A stretch of 49,277 nucleotides of DNA from Minisyncoccota bacterium (GTDB lineage Bacteria; Patescibacteriota; Minisyncoccia; Phycocordibacterales; Phycocordibacteraceae), in the NCBI GenBank assembly GCA_039927695.1, contig JBDSUM010000004.1, positions 1 through 49,277 on the forward strand, read 5' to 3'. Below are positions 37,702 through 48,187 of this stretch, piece after piece. A model generated the notes under the pieces. The model was given only the letters and a program-made list of their open reading frames with translations, ran no database searches and was not told where the DNA came from. Made by a program: the position numbers and the translations under genes. Position 1 is the stretch's first letter. The number at the start of each line of letters is the position of its first letter.

Positions 37702-38528
37702 GTGCACGTACGCATTCAATAGGAGTATTTGATTCTGGCTTTGGTGGCCTTTCAATATTGAAAGATATTCACAAGCGCATGCCTGAATATTCGTACGTGT
37801 ATCTGGGGGACACTGCCCGCACACCGTATGGAAGCCGGTCTTCAGAAATCGTCTATCAATTTACCCTCGAAGCCATAGAGAGTTTATTTAACGAAGGGTG
37901 CGGTTTGATAATCGTTGCCTGCAACACTGCTTCAGCAGAAGCGTTGCGTCGGATTCAACAAGAATATCTCCCTAAACATTATCCCGATCGTCGTGTGCTC
38001 GGTGTGATAATCCCTGCAGCAGAACAAGCTGCGCATGTAACTAAGAACGGGCGAGTAGGGGTGCTCGCTACCGAAGGTACGGTACGATCAGAGACTTTTA
38101 TTAAAGAGGTACAGAAATTAAATAAGACGATTAAGGTCTTTCAACAAGCTGCGCCGCTTCTCGTACCCTTCGTTGAGGAAGGCGAGTACCGTTCTGAAGC
38201 AGCGCGACTCATGGTTGCTGCATACCTCAAGCCACTCCTAAAGCGCAACATTGATACGCTTATTCTTGGCTGCACCCACTATGGGCACCTTGAATCTTTA
38301 ATTAAAAAGGAAGCAGGAAAGAACGTACGCATACTTTCAGAAGGTACGGTGGTTGCAAAGAAACTGGAGGATTATCTTCAGCGACATTCAGAACTTGAGA
38401 AGTTGCTTAAGAAAACTGGAGGATTGACGTTCTATACGACCGATCTTACTGAGAAATTTAAAAGAGTGGGAAGTTTGTTATTTGGGAAGCCTCTTAACCC
38501 AAAACGCATTATTCTTGGGGGACATTAG
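37698..38528 (+). CDS. murI: Glutamate racemase
   Basis: FDSGFGG, PYG, VACNTAS and LGCTHY motifs. Confidence 0.97.
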   Translation: MSARTHSIGVFDSGFGGLSILKDIHKRMPEYSYVYLGDTARTPYGSRSSEIVYQFTLEAIESLFNEGCGLIIVACNTASAEALRRIQQEYLPKHYPDRRVLGVIIPAAEQAAHVTKNGRVGVLATEGTVRSETFIKEVQKLNKTIKVFQQAAPLLVPFVEEGEYRSEAARLMVAAYLKPLLKRNIDTLILGCTHYGHLESLIKKEAGKNVRILSEGTVVAKKLEDYLQRHSELEKLLKKTGGLTFYTTDLTEKFKRVGSLLFGKPLNPKRIILGGH

Positions 38529-38590
38529 GCTCATAGTCTAAGCATTCTGTGGTGATACGGGTAAATGCTATAGTGGGCTAACAAAAGGAT

Positions 38591-39907
38591 ATGAAGGAAC
38601 CAATGAGACACATTTCAGGAAAGAATACCTACTTTATGGTGGGCATTGGCGGCATTGGCATGTCGGCATTAGCTCAACTTCTTGTCTCGCAAGGAGACAC
38701 GGTAACTGGCTCAGACCGTGATGAAAGTCCGGTAACAGAAATGCTCAAAGAGAAAGGCATTAATGTGATAATTGGCCAGAAAGCAGAGAACGTACCTGAA
38801 GGCATCACGATGCTGATTTACAGCGATGCTGTCGCGGTAGATCACCCTGAGAGGGTAGCGGCGCGTGAGCGTGGCATTCCGGAGGCCTCCTACTTCCAAA
38901 TGCTAGGACAGGTTTCAGAAGGGTCGCGCACCGTTGCTATTGCAGGAACTAATGGAAAGACAACGACCACGGGGATGCTTGCTGCAATTCTTCGCGACGC
39001 TGGCGCGTCGCCAACTGCGGTCGTTGGGTCACTCGTTCGAGACTTTGGAAGTAACTACCTAGAAGGAGACTCTGACCTGTTTGTTGTAGAGGCGTGTGAG
39101 TATCAGCGTCATTTTTTAAACTTAAATCCTGACATATTAGTTATTACCAATATCGAGTTTGATCACACGGACTATTTCAAAGACCTTGCCGATGTGCAGG
39201 ATGCCTTCCGAACGATGATGATGAAGGTTCCTTCGACAGGTTTTATCATTGCCGATACCGAAGCACCAAATGTACAACCTCTGCTAGAAGGACTTGAGGC
39301 AACCATAGTGCCATATGCAGAAGAGCCAGCGTATGGATTGCTCCTTCTCGGAGACTTCAATCGTATGAACGCGCGAGCAGCGTCAGCCGCGGCGCGCATA
39401 ATCGACCCAGCGCTAACGACAGAAAGGATTGCACACTCTCTCGGGGGATTCCATGGAACATGGCGAAGATTTGAATACAAAGGAGAATTCAACGGTGCGC
39501 AGGTGTATGACGACTACGCACATCATCCAACCGCTATTAGTGAAACGCTTCTAGCGCTTCGCGACAAGATGGACACAGAAGGGAATACCGAAGGACGCAT
39601 TATTGCACTTTTCCACCCTCACCTATACAGTCGTACCCGTGACCTTTTCGACGGATTTGGACGTGCTTTTAGTAATGCAAACGAAGTTATTCTTGCCCCT
39701 ATTTATGGCGCTCGTGAAGACGACGATGGCAGTGTTTCAAGTGAATTGCTCGCGCAGCGAATCCTTGAAGAAGGCACGTCTGCTCGCGCCTTCAGTTCTC
39801 TCACGGATGTAGAGACGTTCGTACGCGGCATGGCACATCCAGGTGACACTATTATCACTATGGGGGCGGGCGATATTTACAAAGTCGCTGATGCGCTCAC
39901 TACATAA
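38591..39907 (+). CDS. murC: UDP-N-acetylmuramate--L-alanine ligase
   Basis: GIGGIGMSALA, GTNGKTTTT, EACEY, DDYAHHPT and MGAGD motifs. Confidence 0.95.
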   Translation: MKEPMRHISGKNTYFMVGIGGIGMSALAQLLVSQGDTVTGSDRDESPVTEMLKEKGINVIIGQKAENVPEGITMLIYSDAVAVDHPERVAARERGIPEASYFQMLGQVSEGSRTVAIAGTNGKTTTTGMLAAILRDAGASPTAVVGSLVRDFGSNYLEGDSDLFVVEACEYQRHFLNLNPDILVITNIEFDHTDYFKDLADVQDAFRTMMMKVPSTGFIIADTEAPNVQPLLEGLEATIVPYAEEPAYGLLLLGDFNRMNARAASAAARIIDPALTTERIAHSLGGFHGTWRRFEYKGEFNGAQVYDDYAHHPTAISETLLALRDKMDTEGNTEGRIIALFHPHLYSRTRDLFDGFGRAFSNANEVILAPIYGAREDDDGSVSSELLAQRILEEGTSARAFSSLTDVETFVRGMAHPGDTIITMGAGDIYKVADALTT

Positions 39908-39909
39908 CT

Positions 39910-40668
39910 ATGACTGATTCCGAAGACGTACAAGAAGAAGTGGAAGAGCGTCCATATGACACGAACTACAGCGATGGAGTCGGTATTCTTTCTGTGGTTG
40001 CTACACCAATAGGAAACTTGGCAGACATTACGCTACGCGCCCTTGAGACCCTTAAACGGGCCGACGCCATTGCGTGCGAGGATACGCGCGTAACAAGCAA
40101 GCTTCTTGCGCGGTACGACATTCAGAAGCCGCTCCTCGTGTATCACGCACAAAGTGGTCCTGCTACAGTGCGCGCAACAACACGCATACTCAGTATGCTT
40201 GGCGAAGGCAAACACATTGCACTTGTGTCGGACGCAGGAACACCAGGAGTTTCAGATCCTGGTAGTGCGCTCGTAGGTGAAGTTCGCGCGCGCCTAGGAA
40301 GCGACGTTCGCATTGTTGCTATACCGGGAGCTTCTGCCATTGCCGCTGCGCTTTCAATCGCAGGTATTGATCGTGATGATTTTACGTTCCTTGGCTTCTT
40401 GCCTCACAAAAAGGGACGCCAGACCGTTATGAAGGAGATAGCTGGCATGACGCGTACCGTTGTTTTTTATGAATCGCCTCATCGTATTGAAAAGGCGCTT
40501 GCAGAGCTTGCAGCAGTTCTCGACGAGTCTCGCACAGTAGTCACTCTTCGTGAGTTAACTAAGATGTTTGAGTCAGTAGTCTCCGGTTCTATCAGCGAAC
40601 TCCAGGAATATTTCAAGACGCACCCAAAGGAAGTGCGCGGAGAATTTGTCGTTATCGTGGCTCCCTAG
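39910..40668 (+). CDS. rsmI: 16S rRNA (cytidine1402-2'-O)-methyltransferase
   Basis: VATPIGNLADITLRA, CEDTR, SDAGTPGVSDPG, YESPHR and RELTK motifs. Confidence 0.95.
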   Translation: MTDSEDVQEEVEERPYDTNYSDGVGILSVVATPIGNLADITLRALETLKRADAIACEDTRVTSKLLARYDIQKPLLVYHAQSGPATVRATTRILSMLGEGKHIALVSDAGTPGVSDPGSALVGEVRARLGSDVRIVAIPGASAIAAALSIAGIDRDDFTFLGFLPHKKGRQTVMKEIAGMTRTVVFYESPHRIEKALAELAAVLDESRTVVTLRELTKMFESVVSGSISELQEYFKTHPKEVRGEFVVIVAP

Positions 40669-40681
40669 GTATACTAGGTAC

Positions 40682-40876
40682 ATGTCCCGTGAATCAATCC
40701 TCATGATCCTTGGCGTGCTTGTCGCCGTTTCTCCATGGAGCGGACTTCCACTCGCAATTCTCGTGTGGATCCTTCCTGTATTAGGCATTGCGATAGCGTT
40801 TATTGGATTTACGTTGCGCACTCGTGCCAATAGCATTAAAGAAGCTTCTTCACGTCCTTCTCAAGAGTTATACTAG
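40682..40876 (+). CDS. Small two-TM hypothetical protein
   Basis: 64 aa from ATG 40682, 6 nt after TATACT. Confidence 0.6.
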   Translation: MSRESILMILGVLVAVSPWSGLPLAILVWILPVLGIAIAFIGFTLRTRANSIKEASSRPSQELY

Positions 40877-40881
40877 AACTA

Positions 40882-42753
40882 ATGCAGAATCCTGATCGCG
40901 TTACATACTTTGCAGCCACTGACTCGCGCGGTAAGCGTACGCCTTTTGGATTGAAGGCGAAGGATCGTGCGCGTCACATGTATGTGATTGGAAAGACGGG
41001 TATGGGTAAGTCCACGCTCCTCGAAAACATGGCTATCCAGGATATCCAGAACGGGGAAGGAATGGCCTTTATCGACCCGCACGGTAGTGCTGTTGAATCA
41101 TTGCTTGAATACATCCCGGAGCACCGCATTAAGGACGTGGTGTACTTTGCGCCGTTCGACCTCGACCAGCCAATGGCCTTTAATATTATGGAGGATGTCG
41201 GATACGATAAGCGTCACCTTGTCGTCTCGGGCCTCATGGCGACCTTTAAGAAGATATGGCTCGACGCATGGAGCGCTCGTATGGAGTACATCCTTACCAA
41301 TACGCTCCTCGCTCTTTTGGAATATCCAGATGCAACGTTGCTCGGAGTAAATCGCATGTATACCGATAAGGCGTATCGCAACAAGGTTGTTGAAAATGTG
41401 AAAGACCCGGTAGTAAAAGACTTCTGGGTAAAGGAATTCGCAGCCTTTGGTGATAAATACACACAAGAAGCCACACCGGCTATTCAAAATAAGATTGGAC
41501 AGTTTACGAGTAATCCACTCATTCGTAATATCATTGGCCAGCCGAAATCCTCCTTCGACATCCGTGAACTCATGGATAACAAGAAGATCTTACTCATTAA
41601 TCTCTCAAAGGGATTGGTGGGTGACACAAACATGCGTCTCCTTGGCTCAATGCTCACGACACGTATTTTCCTTGGAGCGATGAGTCGCGCAGAACTTGCA
41701 CCACGCGAGCTTGATCAAGCTCAGGATTTCTATTTCTATGTCGACGAATTTCAGAACTTTGCAAACGATACCTTTGCAGAGATTTTGTCTGAGGCTCGCA
41801 AATACCATTTGAATCTCATTATCGCGCACCAGTACGTGGAGCAGATGGAAGAGCAAGTGAGAGCAGCGGTGTTTGGTAACGTAGGCACGACGGTGTCGTT
41901 CCGCGTGGGACCTTTTGATGCAGAGACACTGGAGACCATATTCATGCCTGAATTTGTGAAAGAAGACTTGGTGAACTTAGGCTTTGCACAGATATATCTC
42001 ACTCTCATGATTGATGGTGTTGGTTCGCGTCCATTCTCGGCAATAACACTTCCGCGTATTGAGCCTCCGCAAAAGACCTACAAACAAGAGGTGATAGAAG
42101 CTTCACGTCAGCAATTCGGAAACAAGCGAGCACAAATTGAAGAGACTATCCTAAACGAGCTTTCTTCTACGGATGGTCAGAGCGGTCCTGTAGAAGCGCC
42201 TGCAAAGCGTCCGGCAGCTAAACGCCCCATAACGTCAGGTGGGGGAGGTACGCCAGCACCCCGCCGTGACGCACCCTCTCGAGAGCACTCCAGTCAGCCT
42301 CATATTTCTGGAAGCAGTTTTAACAGTGAGCAAAGGCAAGCGCCTGCGCGTCCAAGAGAACCTCTTCGTGCAGTTCTGCCTCGTGATAACGCACACGAGC
42401 ACGATAGAAATCGTGAGTCACAGGGTCCTAGAAGGGAAGAGCGTAGTTTCAATCAACCTTCACACAACTCTGCACCACCTCCCGCAAGTAAGAATAGCGA
42501 GGATCTGAAAGCAATACTTCGTGGCATGGCGGCGAGCGCCACCAAAGAAAAGGAAAAGAAAACAGAAGACAAAGCCGCTCCGCTTAAGGGAGTTCTTGCT
42601 GATGTACTTAAAAGTGCTGATGAGAAGCCGGCACAGCCTCCACGACGAGAAAATACTCCTGAAGCTACCAGACCAGAACCTAAATCTGAAGCCAAGCCGT
42701 ACGAAGTAGATGAATCAACACTCCGTGCAATCTTCAACGAGAAGCTAGGGTAG
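40882..42753 (+). CDS. TraD/VirD4-VirB4-like (HerA/FtsK superfamily) ATPase
   Basis: RHMYVIGKTGMGKS (Walker A), IDPHG, YVDEFQNF (Walker B), EARKY, AHQY; disordered C-terminal tail. Confidence 0.85.
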   Translation: MQNPDRVTYFAATDSRGKRTPFGLKAKDRARHMYVIGKTGMGKSTLLENMAIQDIQNGEGMAFIDPHGSAVESLLEYIPEHRIKDVVYFAPFDLDQPMAFNIMEDVGYDKRHLVVSGLMATFKKIWLDAWSARMEYILTNTLLALLEYPDATLLGVNRMYTDKAYRNKVVENVKDPVVKDFWVKEFAAFGDKYTQEATPAIQNKIGQFTSNPLIRNIIGQPKSSFDIRELMDNKKILLINLSKGLVGDTNMRLLGSMLTTRIFLGAMSRAELAPRELDQAQDFYFYVDEFQNFANDTFAEILSEARKYHLNLIIAHQYVEQMEEQVRAAVFGNVGTTVSFRVGPFDAETLETIFMPEFVKEDLVNLGFAQIYLTLMIDGVGSRPFSAITLPRIEPPQKTYKQEVIEASRQQFGNKRAQIEETILNELSSTDGQSGPVEAPAKRPAAKRPITSGGGGTPAPRRDAPSREHSSQPHISGSSFNSEQRQAPARPREPLRAVLPRDNAHEHDRNRESQGPRREERSFNQPSHNSAPPPASKNSEDLKAILRGMAASATKEKEKKTEDKAAPLKGVLADVLKSADEKPAQPPRRENTPEATRPEPKSEAKPYEVDESTLRAIFNEKLG

Positions 42754-42853
42754 CGATCCAAGTTTAAGCGGAAGGTTGTAACTTTGTGCACATATACTTG
42801 GTTGTAATAGATATACCAAGATTATTCTGAAACTCTATGGCACTTGCTGTGTA

Positions 42854-42892
42854 GCCCGCCGAGCATGTAGTAACCCTACACGTTCGGCGGGC
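42854..42892. terminator. Hairpin between convergent genes
   Basis: GCCCGCCGAGCATGTAG-TAACC-CTACACGTTCGGCGGGC. Confidence 0.6.
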
Positions 42893-42922
42893 GCTTTGCT
42901 GTAGTCCCATTCCTTTCAAGAT

Positions 42923-43702
42923 TTAGGTAAATCTTGAAAGGAATAGCCGAACGAAACTTTTCATACGTGCGAGCAAATAGCCTGGGTACTGTCCATGGTA
43001 TGTTTTTATAATCGAGTGCACACAACGAGCCATCACAAGTTTCCTCTGAGTTATGCCGCCTGTGTGAATACGATAGAGTGTCATATATTCTGGAATATTT
43101 GCGAACTTTCCATACGCACCAACACGCAAGAATAAGTCGAGGTCTTCAGCAAGAGCTATGTTTCGATACCCACCAGCTTTTTCCACGATGTCTTTTCGCA
43201 TAACTACTGAGGAATGCGCGAATTGGTTGCGGCGCAATATGTGAGAGCGAATAGCTGTGTCGTCTGTGAAATAAGCATCCTCACCAATTATCTTATCGCT
43301 TCCATCAATAAGCTTTATAAATGTCCCTACAATCACGTGGTCTGAATGTGATTCAAGAAAAGCGACTTGCGTGGCGAGTTTAGTGGAATCGCTCCAAACA
43401 TCATCGCTGTCGAGTACAGCAATATAGACGCCATGTGCTGCTAGCACAGCATCTGTACGAGTCTGGAATATGCCCTGATTAACCTCGTGACGAATATAGC
43501 GAATGCGAGTATCCCCAAAGGCTTCTATGCGTGCCTGAGTATCATCAGTGGAACCATCGTCAACGATTACTAATTCCCAGTTCTGATACGTCTGAGCACG
43601 TACGCTCTTAATAGCTTGCTCGATAAAGCCCGCACGATTGTACGTTGTCATCGTGACACTCACGAGCGGTCCTATAGTTATTTTTTCGGTATTTGTGTCC
43701 AT
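42923..43702 (-). CDS. Glycosyltransferase family 2
   Basis: VSVTMTTYN, VDDGSTD, LDSDD and AEDLDL motifs. Confidence 0.92.
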   Translation of the reverse strand: MDTNTEKITIGPLVSVTMTTYNRAGFIEQAIKSVRAQTYQNWELVIVDDGSTDDTQARIEAFGDTRIRYIRHEVNQGIFQTRTDAVLAAHGVYIAVLDSDDVWSDSTKLATQVAFLESHSDHVIVGTFIKLIDGSDKIIGEDAYFTDDTAIRSHILRRNQFAHSSVVMRKDIVEKAGGYRNIALAEDLDLFLRVGAYGKFANIPEYMTLYRIHTGGITQRKLVMARCVHSIIKTYHGQYPGYLLARMKSFVRLFLSRFT

Positions 43703-44550
43703 GAAGAGGGAAGTAAGTCTGCGTGATCTTGCGGACGAGTATCAAACCAGGGTGAAGGAGCAACGACAATTTTCTCTGGGTTCTGATTAAGCCATGCGCC
43801 CCACCAACTAAAAGAGCTATTGGCTATCACGTTGTGCGTGCAAGAAGCCATGAGCAACAGTTCCTCCTGATCGTTTGAGGCTTCTCCCGATACGTATATA
43901 ACCGTACCAGGAAAATTAAGATTATCTTTAACCCAATCGATGTCATCTGAGAAGATAAACCACGTTGGTGACGACACGTGCTTCACGATCTCCGCAACGG
44001 CGTTCTTATAATAGGTCTCAGTGCACGGACCATACGCAGCTGCTACCTTTGGATTTGCGACATAGTCCCCACGACGAATGTGCACGGATATTGATAATGT
44101 GGCCTGCATACGACTTGCCATGGATTCAGCAGAATTAGACATGGGTGTTCGAAGAGTGAAATCCTGGAGAAGTGTCGAACGAATACTCTCGAAGTATTTA
44201 GGTGATTGCCAATAGCCATCGAGGTAGAGATCACCACGCTTCTTAAGCATGTCTGGTTCAAAGCCAACATGCTGCTTACGCAATACTTTAAACTCGAACT
44301 TACGCCATACTTTTGAAAGAGAGCCTTTGGGATATTTCAAACGTACTGATTCCTCAGGTGTTGCAATGCTTGCCTCAATGTTGAATGCATTCAATGCGAA
44401 CGGTCTGTAGATATCACCAATCTCATTTGCTCGTGAAAGCCCTGTGGTATCGAGCTTGAGTACATCATCATTCTTAAGCGAAAGCGTACGACCAAGTGCG
44501 TACTGAAACATTTGATTGCCGAGACCTCCTTTTAGTGCGGTGATAATCAT
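43678..44550 (-). CDS. Alpha-1,2-fucosyltransferase-like (GT11)
   Basis: GGLGNQMFQYA, GYWQS, VHIRRGDY and NSSFSWWGAWL motifs. Confidence 0.92.
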   Translation of the reverse strand: MIITALKGGLGNQMFQYALGRTLSLKNDDVLKLDTTGLSRANEIGDIYRPFALNAFNIEASIATPEESVRLKYPKGSLSKVWRKFEFKVLRKQHVGFEPDMLKKRGDLYLDGYWQSPKYFESIRSTLLQDFTLRTPMSNSAESMASRMQATLSISVHIRRGDYVANPKVAAAYGPCTETYYKNAVAEIVKHVSSPTWFIFSDDIDWVKDNLNFPGTVIYVSGEASNDQEELLLMASCTHNVIANSSFSWWGAWLNQNPEKIVVAPSPWFDTRPQDHADLLPSSWTQIPKK

Positions 44551-45473
44551 AGGGAAGGAGTAAAAAGGGAAGAGAATTCTGCAGTGCGCTCATTTGGGAC
44601 AAAGAGTAGGTTGTCGTACGTGTACTGTTCTTTAGCCGTATGTGGTGTGAGAAGACCTGCAGTTGTTATTTCATACGCAACATATGCGTGGTTACTCAAG
44701 AAATCGAGTGACTGTTCACGATTTTCTTTCCATGACTGGCCACCTGCGACTTCGAGGGTAAGTACTGGTCGCGCCAAGTTGCCTAGGGCAAGCATAGCGC
44801 GCATACCTGAAAGTATGTGGAATTCAAAACCTTCGGCATCGATTTTTATAACGTCAGGGTGTATGTTTGCTTTCGAACAATATGAATCAAGCGTAACTGA
44901 ACGCACTTGTGTCGCATGCGCAGCGTGACCGCCAAGCCCTGCAGCGCCATCAGCGTGTGCGGTGTTATATGCTCCATACCCTGGTCCATAGTCTGCGAAT
45001 TCCAATACTGCCTCGGTGTCTGATACCGCGAGGTTGTTAATCGTTACATTCTTAAGCTCTTTGGTGTTCTCGGTGAGTATTGTGAATGTCCATGGAGTTG
45101 GTTCGAAGCTGTGTACGTTTCCATTAGCTCCAACAAGTTCTGAAAACAGCATAGAGTAGTAACCAACGTGCGCACCGATATCGATACATATCATGTCCTC
45201 ACGAATGTAACGCAAGAAGAAGTTAGCAAGATTCGCCTCGCAGTAGCCGTAGTACAAAAAGGTATTTCCCTCAGGAAGGTATGATGTCATGCGCGTACCC
45301 CAGAGAGTGGGAAAGCGCATGCGGAAGGGGCGGATGTGCCCGAGCGTAGCGAGGGCATAGTAGGGAAGTGTACGAAGCGGACCTTTAATTACGCGTTCAA
45401 TACGACCCATAGGACGCAACCGTTCCCGGCTCGTTATCGTATCTATAATGTGTTCGCGTGTTGTCTTATCCAT
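44547..45473 (-). CDS. FkbM family methyltransferase
   Basis: DIGAHVGYY, FEP and IKIDAEGFE motifs. Confidence 0.9.
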   Translation of the reverse strand: MDKTTREHIIDTITSRERLRPMGRIERVIKGPLRTLPYYALATLGHIRPFRMRFPTLWGTRMTSYLPEGNTFLYYGYCEANLANFFLRYIREDMICIDIGAHVGYYSMLFSELVGANGNVHSFEPTPWTFTILTENTKELKNVTINNLAVSDTEAVLEFADYGPGYGAYNTAHADGAAGLGGHAAHATQVRSVTLDSYCSKANIHPDVIKIDAEGFEFHILSGMRAMLALGNLARPVLTLEVAGGQSWKENREQSLDFLSNHAYVAYEITTAGLLTPHTAKEQYTYDNLLFVPNERTAEFSSLFTPSL

Positions 45474-46662
45474 GACCTAGAAGTTCAGTATATAAGGCGA
45501 AGTATCGCTCGACCATGGCGGCCTTGTCATATTCCTGGCGAACCTTATTCGAAGAAGCGGACGCGATACGCTCTCGTTCTACTAGGGAAAGCGTGAGCAC
45601 CCATTCGATGCCCTGTGCAATACCTACCTCGTCTTTATACCCAGCAACGTATCCGTTCTCGTGGTGCGTAACTGCTTCAGCAACACCACCAACATCAAAA
45701 GAAACGATAGGAAGTCCGCAGCTCATAGCTTCAAGTATGACGAGTGGAAAGTTCTCGGCAATGGAAGTAAATAACAACGCGTCAGCTGCACTGTAGTATT
45801 GCGACAAGTTTTCTGCGCCACTCACATGCCCAACGTAACGCACGTTTGGTTCTGGTTCATGATCACGGAGATTACCTACGCAGAGGAATAAAACATCATC
45901 ACGATCTCGGTATTTTTGGATAAGTCGTTCCGTATATACCCAACCCTTCCACGTGTTGTCTTTTGCGTCATTTGCAAGGAAGAGAATAATCTTTTTATCT
46001 TCTGGAAGGTTTAGTGCACGACGTGCTTCTGCTTTATTCTTTTGTACAAAGCCCGTGGTATCGATGCCATTCGGTATAAGTCGTACGTCTTGCTTTGCTA
46101 GTATTGTTTTCAAGGTACGATCCATGAGCCATTTTGAAGGGGTAACGATATGGAGCTTTGCGGCAGCATAGATTTTAGTACGAGCGCGCGCAAGGCGCGC
46201 GCTGTTATCCCACAAAATCCTCGGTGCTGTATCTATACTTGGACATACGTATAATCCATTCTTCATCTCTGTACCTTCAAGCGTATAGGCACAGTGCGGT
46301 GTGAGTGCCCATTCGTCATGGAGTGTCCACACAACCGGTTTTGTCAGCGACATCTTCTGGAGTGTTGAAAGATTAAAATATCTGCCGTGAAGGTTATGGC
46401 AATGCACGAGGTCTGCTTTCTTGAATTCCTCAGTGTCTAAAATCCAATCGGTAGAAATAAGACTTTCTGTTCCAAGTAAAAAACCAAGGTATTTTCGCCA
46501 CATAGGACGGGGGATTACATGTACACGATGATCACTGCTTCGTTTGTCGGCGACAAACATTGAGACCTCGTTACCTTGAGCCTCAAGCGCTTCCTTAAGT
46601 TCCCAGGAAACTTTCGCTGCACCACCAAGCACATCGGTTGTACCAATAATCAGTACGTTCAT
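45466..46662 (-). CDS. Glycosyltransferase family 4 (WcaC-like)
   Basis: GGAA, HCHNLHG, VWTLHD and ENFPLVILEA motifs. Confidence 0.88.
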   Translation of the reverse strand: MNVLIIGTTDVLGGAAKVSWELKEALEAQGNEVSMFVADKRSSDHRVHVIPRPMWRKYLGFLLGTESLISTDWILDTEEFKKADLVHCHNLHGRYFNLSTLQKMSLTKPVVWTLHDEWALTPHCAYTLEGTEMKNGLYVCPSIDTAPRILWDNSARLARARTKIYAAAKLHIVTPSKWLMDRTLKTILAKQDVRLIPNGIDTTGFVQKNKAEARRALNLPEDKKIILFLANDAKDNTWKGWVYTERLIQKYRDRDDVLFLCVGNLRDHEPEPNVRYVGHVSGAENLSQYYSAADALLFTSIAENFPLVILEAMSCGLPIVSFDVGGVAEAVTHHENGYVAGYKDEVGIAQGIEWVLTLSLVERERIASASSNKVRQEYDKAAMVERYFALYTELLGHG

Positions 46663-47393
46663 ATCTTTGTTGCTGTTACGACGTAGTCCATCGTGAGCGC
46701 TGGCTTTCTAAAAACAAAATCGAGAAGTAGACCAAGTGCTTGTATCGGAGCAAAAATAAAGAACGTGAGCAGAGCCTTCAATAGTGGGGCTCGAAAGTGC
46801 ATACCTTCGAAACACATCACTACGAACAATTGAGAAAAGACTCCAAAGAATCCTGTTGTTGGCATTATACGTATGTCTTTAAACCCAGCACCTTCAAGAA
46901 GACGCGTGTGTTCAAAACGTGTAAATCTACGGAAATCATACGGAGTTTCATGCTCAGGATATACAAAGGGCATTGAGAAGAAGACTGTACCGCCTGAGCT
47001 AAGTACACGTGATGCTTCTGATACGAGCGCTGCAGGATTCGAAGCGTGCTCAAGTACTTGCGTGCAAAGCGTCACGTCGAAAGAATTATCAGGAAAGGGA
47101 ACGTTCTCACCATCGTAATATGCATCAACCGTCTTCTCTTCATCACCATGTCCACCACCTTCAATATCTATACCTATATAGGAAGGCGATGCGAAGAGTG
47201 AACGATAAGGCTTTATGCCACAGCCAATGTCGAGAATCTTCGCGTCAGCAGGAACATGTGCAGCAAACGTTTGCATGGAGCGATAGAGCGTCCAGCGGTT
47301 TATAAAATAGGGATTAATGAAAATAGAATACCAGCGAGGTCTGAAGAAATTCTCATCTATAATTCGAGACTTCAGTTTCTTAAGACTTTCCAT
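46659..47393 (-). CDS. Class I SAM-dependent methyltransferase
   Basis: LDIGCG, FD..LCTQVLEH and HETPYDF.RFT motifs. Confidence 0.88.
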   Translation of the reverse strand: MESLKKLKSRIIDENFFRPRWYSIFINPYFINRWTLYRSMQTFAAHVPADAKILDIGCGIKPYRSLFASPSYIGIDIEGGGHGDEEKTVDAYYDGENVPFPDNSFDVTLCTQVLEHASNPAALVSEASRVLSSGGTVFFSMPFVYPEHETPYDFRRFTRFEHTRLLEGAGFKDIRIMPTTGFFGVFSQLFVVMCFEGMHFRAPLLKALLTFFIFAPIQALGLLLDFVFRKPALTMDYVVTATKI

Positions 47394-47410
47394 ACGTATC
47401 ACAAATGATG

Positions 47411-48187
47411 CTATGCCCGGTACCCAAATATATTGAGCTGACTGTCATACCCAAGATGAGTCTGAATAGATTCAAGAGGGTGCTCAGAATGCACACCGGC
47501 GTCTTCTATATACAGACGGAATCCAGCGTTCTTCATAATTTCTAGAATGCGCGGAAGTGTTTGGGGGGCGTTGTGAAGTGAATGATACTCAACAAATATT
47601 CGCTTAACGTTCCCAAGCTTGTCTTTACACTCTTCAAGTACTTCTGCTTCAGATCCTTCAATATCTATCTTTAGGAAATCGATAGGCTCATTGAGATAAG
47701 GACTAAGAGGAATGAGTTTCACCTCTGTTATGTTTGTTTCATTCTTAGTGTCGTCACTTGTCGCGACACGACCACCATCTGCACCTTCGCTAAAGAATGT
47801 ACGTGTCTCTTCTTTATCACCCAGACCAGCGTGCACTAGTTCAACGCCTGACAGTCCGGCAGTAACGATATTTTTCTCGAGTGCGGCAAAAGTCGCATCA
47901 TCTGGCTCGAAACAAGTTACGTGGGCATTAGGATATTTTTGTTTGAGATATACCGTTGCAAGTCCGATATTAGCTCCACAGTCGAGTATTCGAGGAGCTG
48001 GTACGTCAGTCGTAAATTTGTATATCTCACGACCCATGATCTCGTCATACATAAAGAGAAATGACGACTTATCTGGCACAAAGCACGCAAATCCAGGATA
48101 GGTCGTCGTAAACGGCGTATAGCGCGATTGCGCCCTAATATGGAGCCGTTTTAGAGCTTGTAGGAGAGATTGAGCGGGCTTTTCCAT
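47411..48187 (-). CDS. FkbM family methyltransferase
   Basis: ILDCGANIG, FEPD and KIDIEGSE motifs. Start trimmed to ATG 48187. Confidence 0.88.
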   Translation of the reverse strand: MEKPAQSLLQALKRLHIRAQSRYTPFTTTYPGFACFVPDKSSFLFMYDEIMGREIYKFTTDVPAPRILDCGANIGLATVYLKQKYPNAHVTCFEPDDATFAALEKNIVTAGLSGVELVHAGLGDKEETRTFFSEGADGGRVATSDDTKNETNITEVKLIPLSPYLNEPIDFLKIDIEGSEAEVLEECKDKLGNVKRIFVEYHSLHNAPQTLPRILEIMKNAGFRLYIEDAGVHSEHPLESIQTHLGYDSQLNIFGYRA

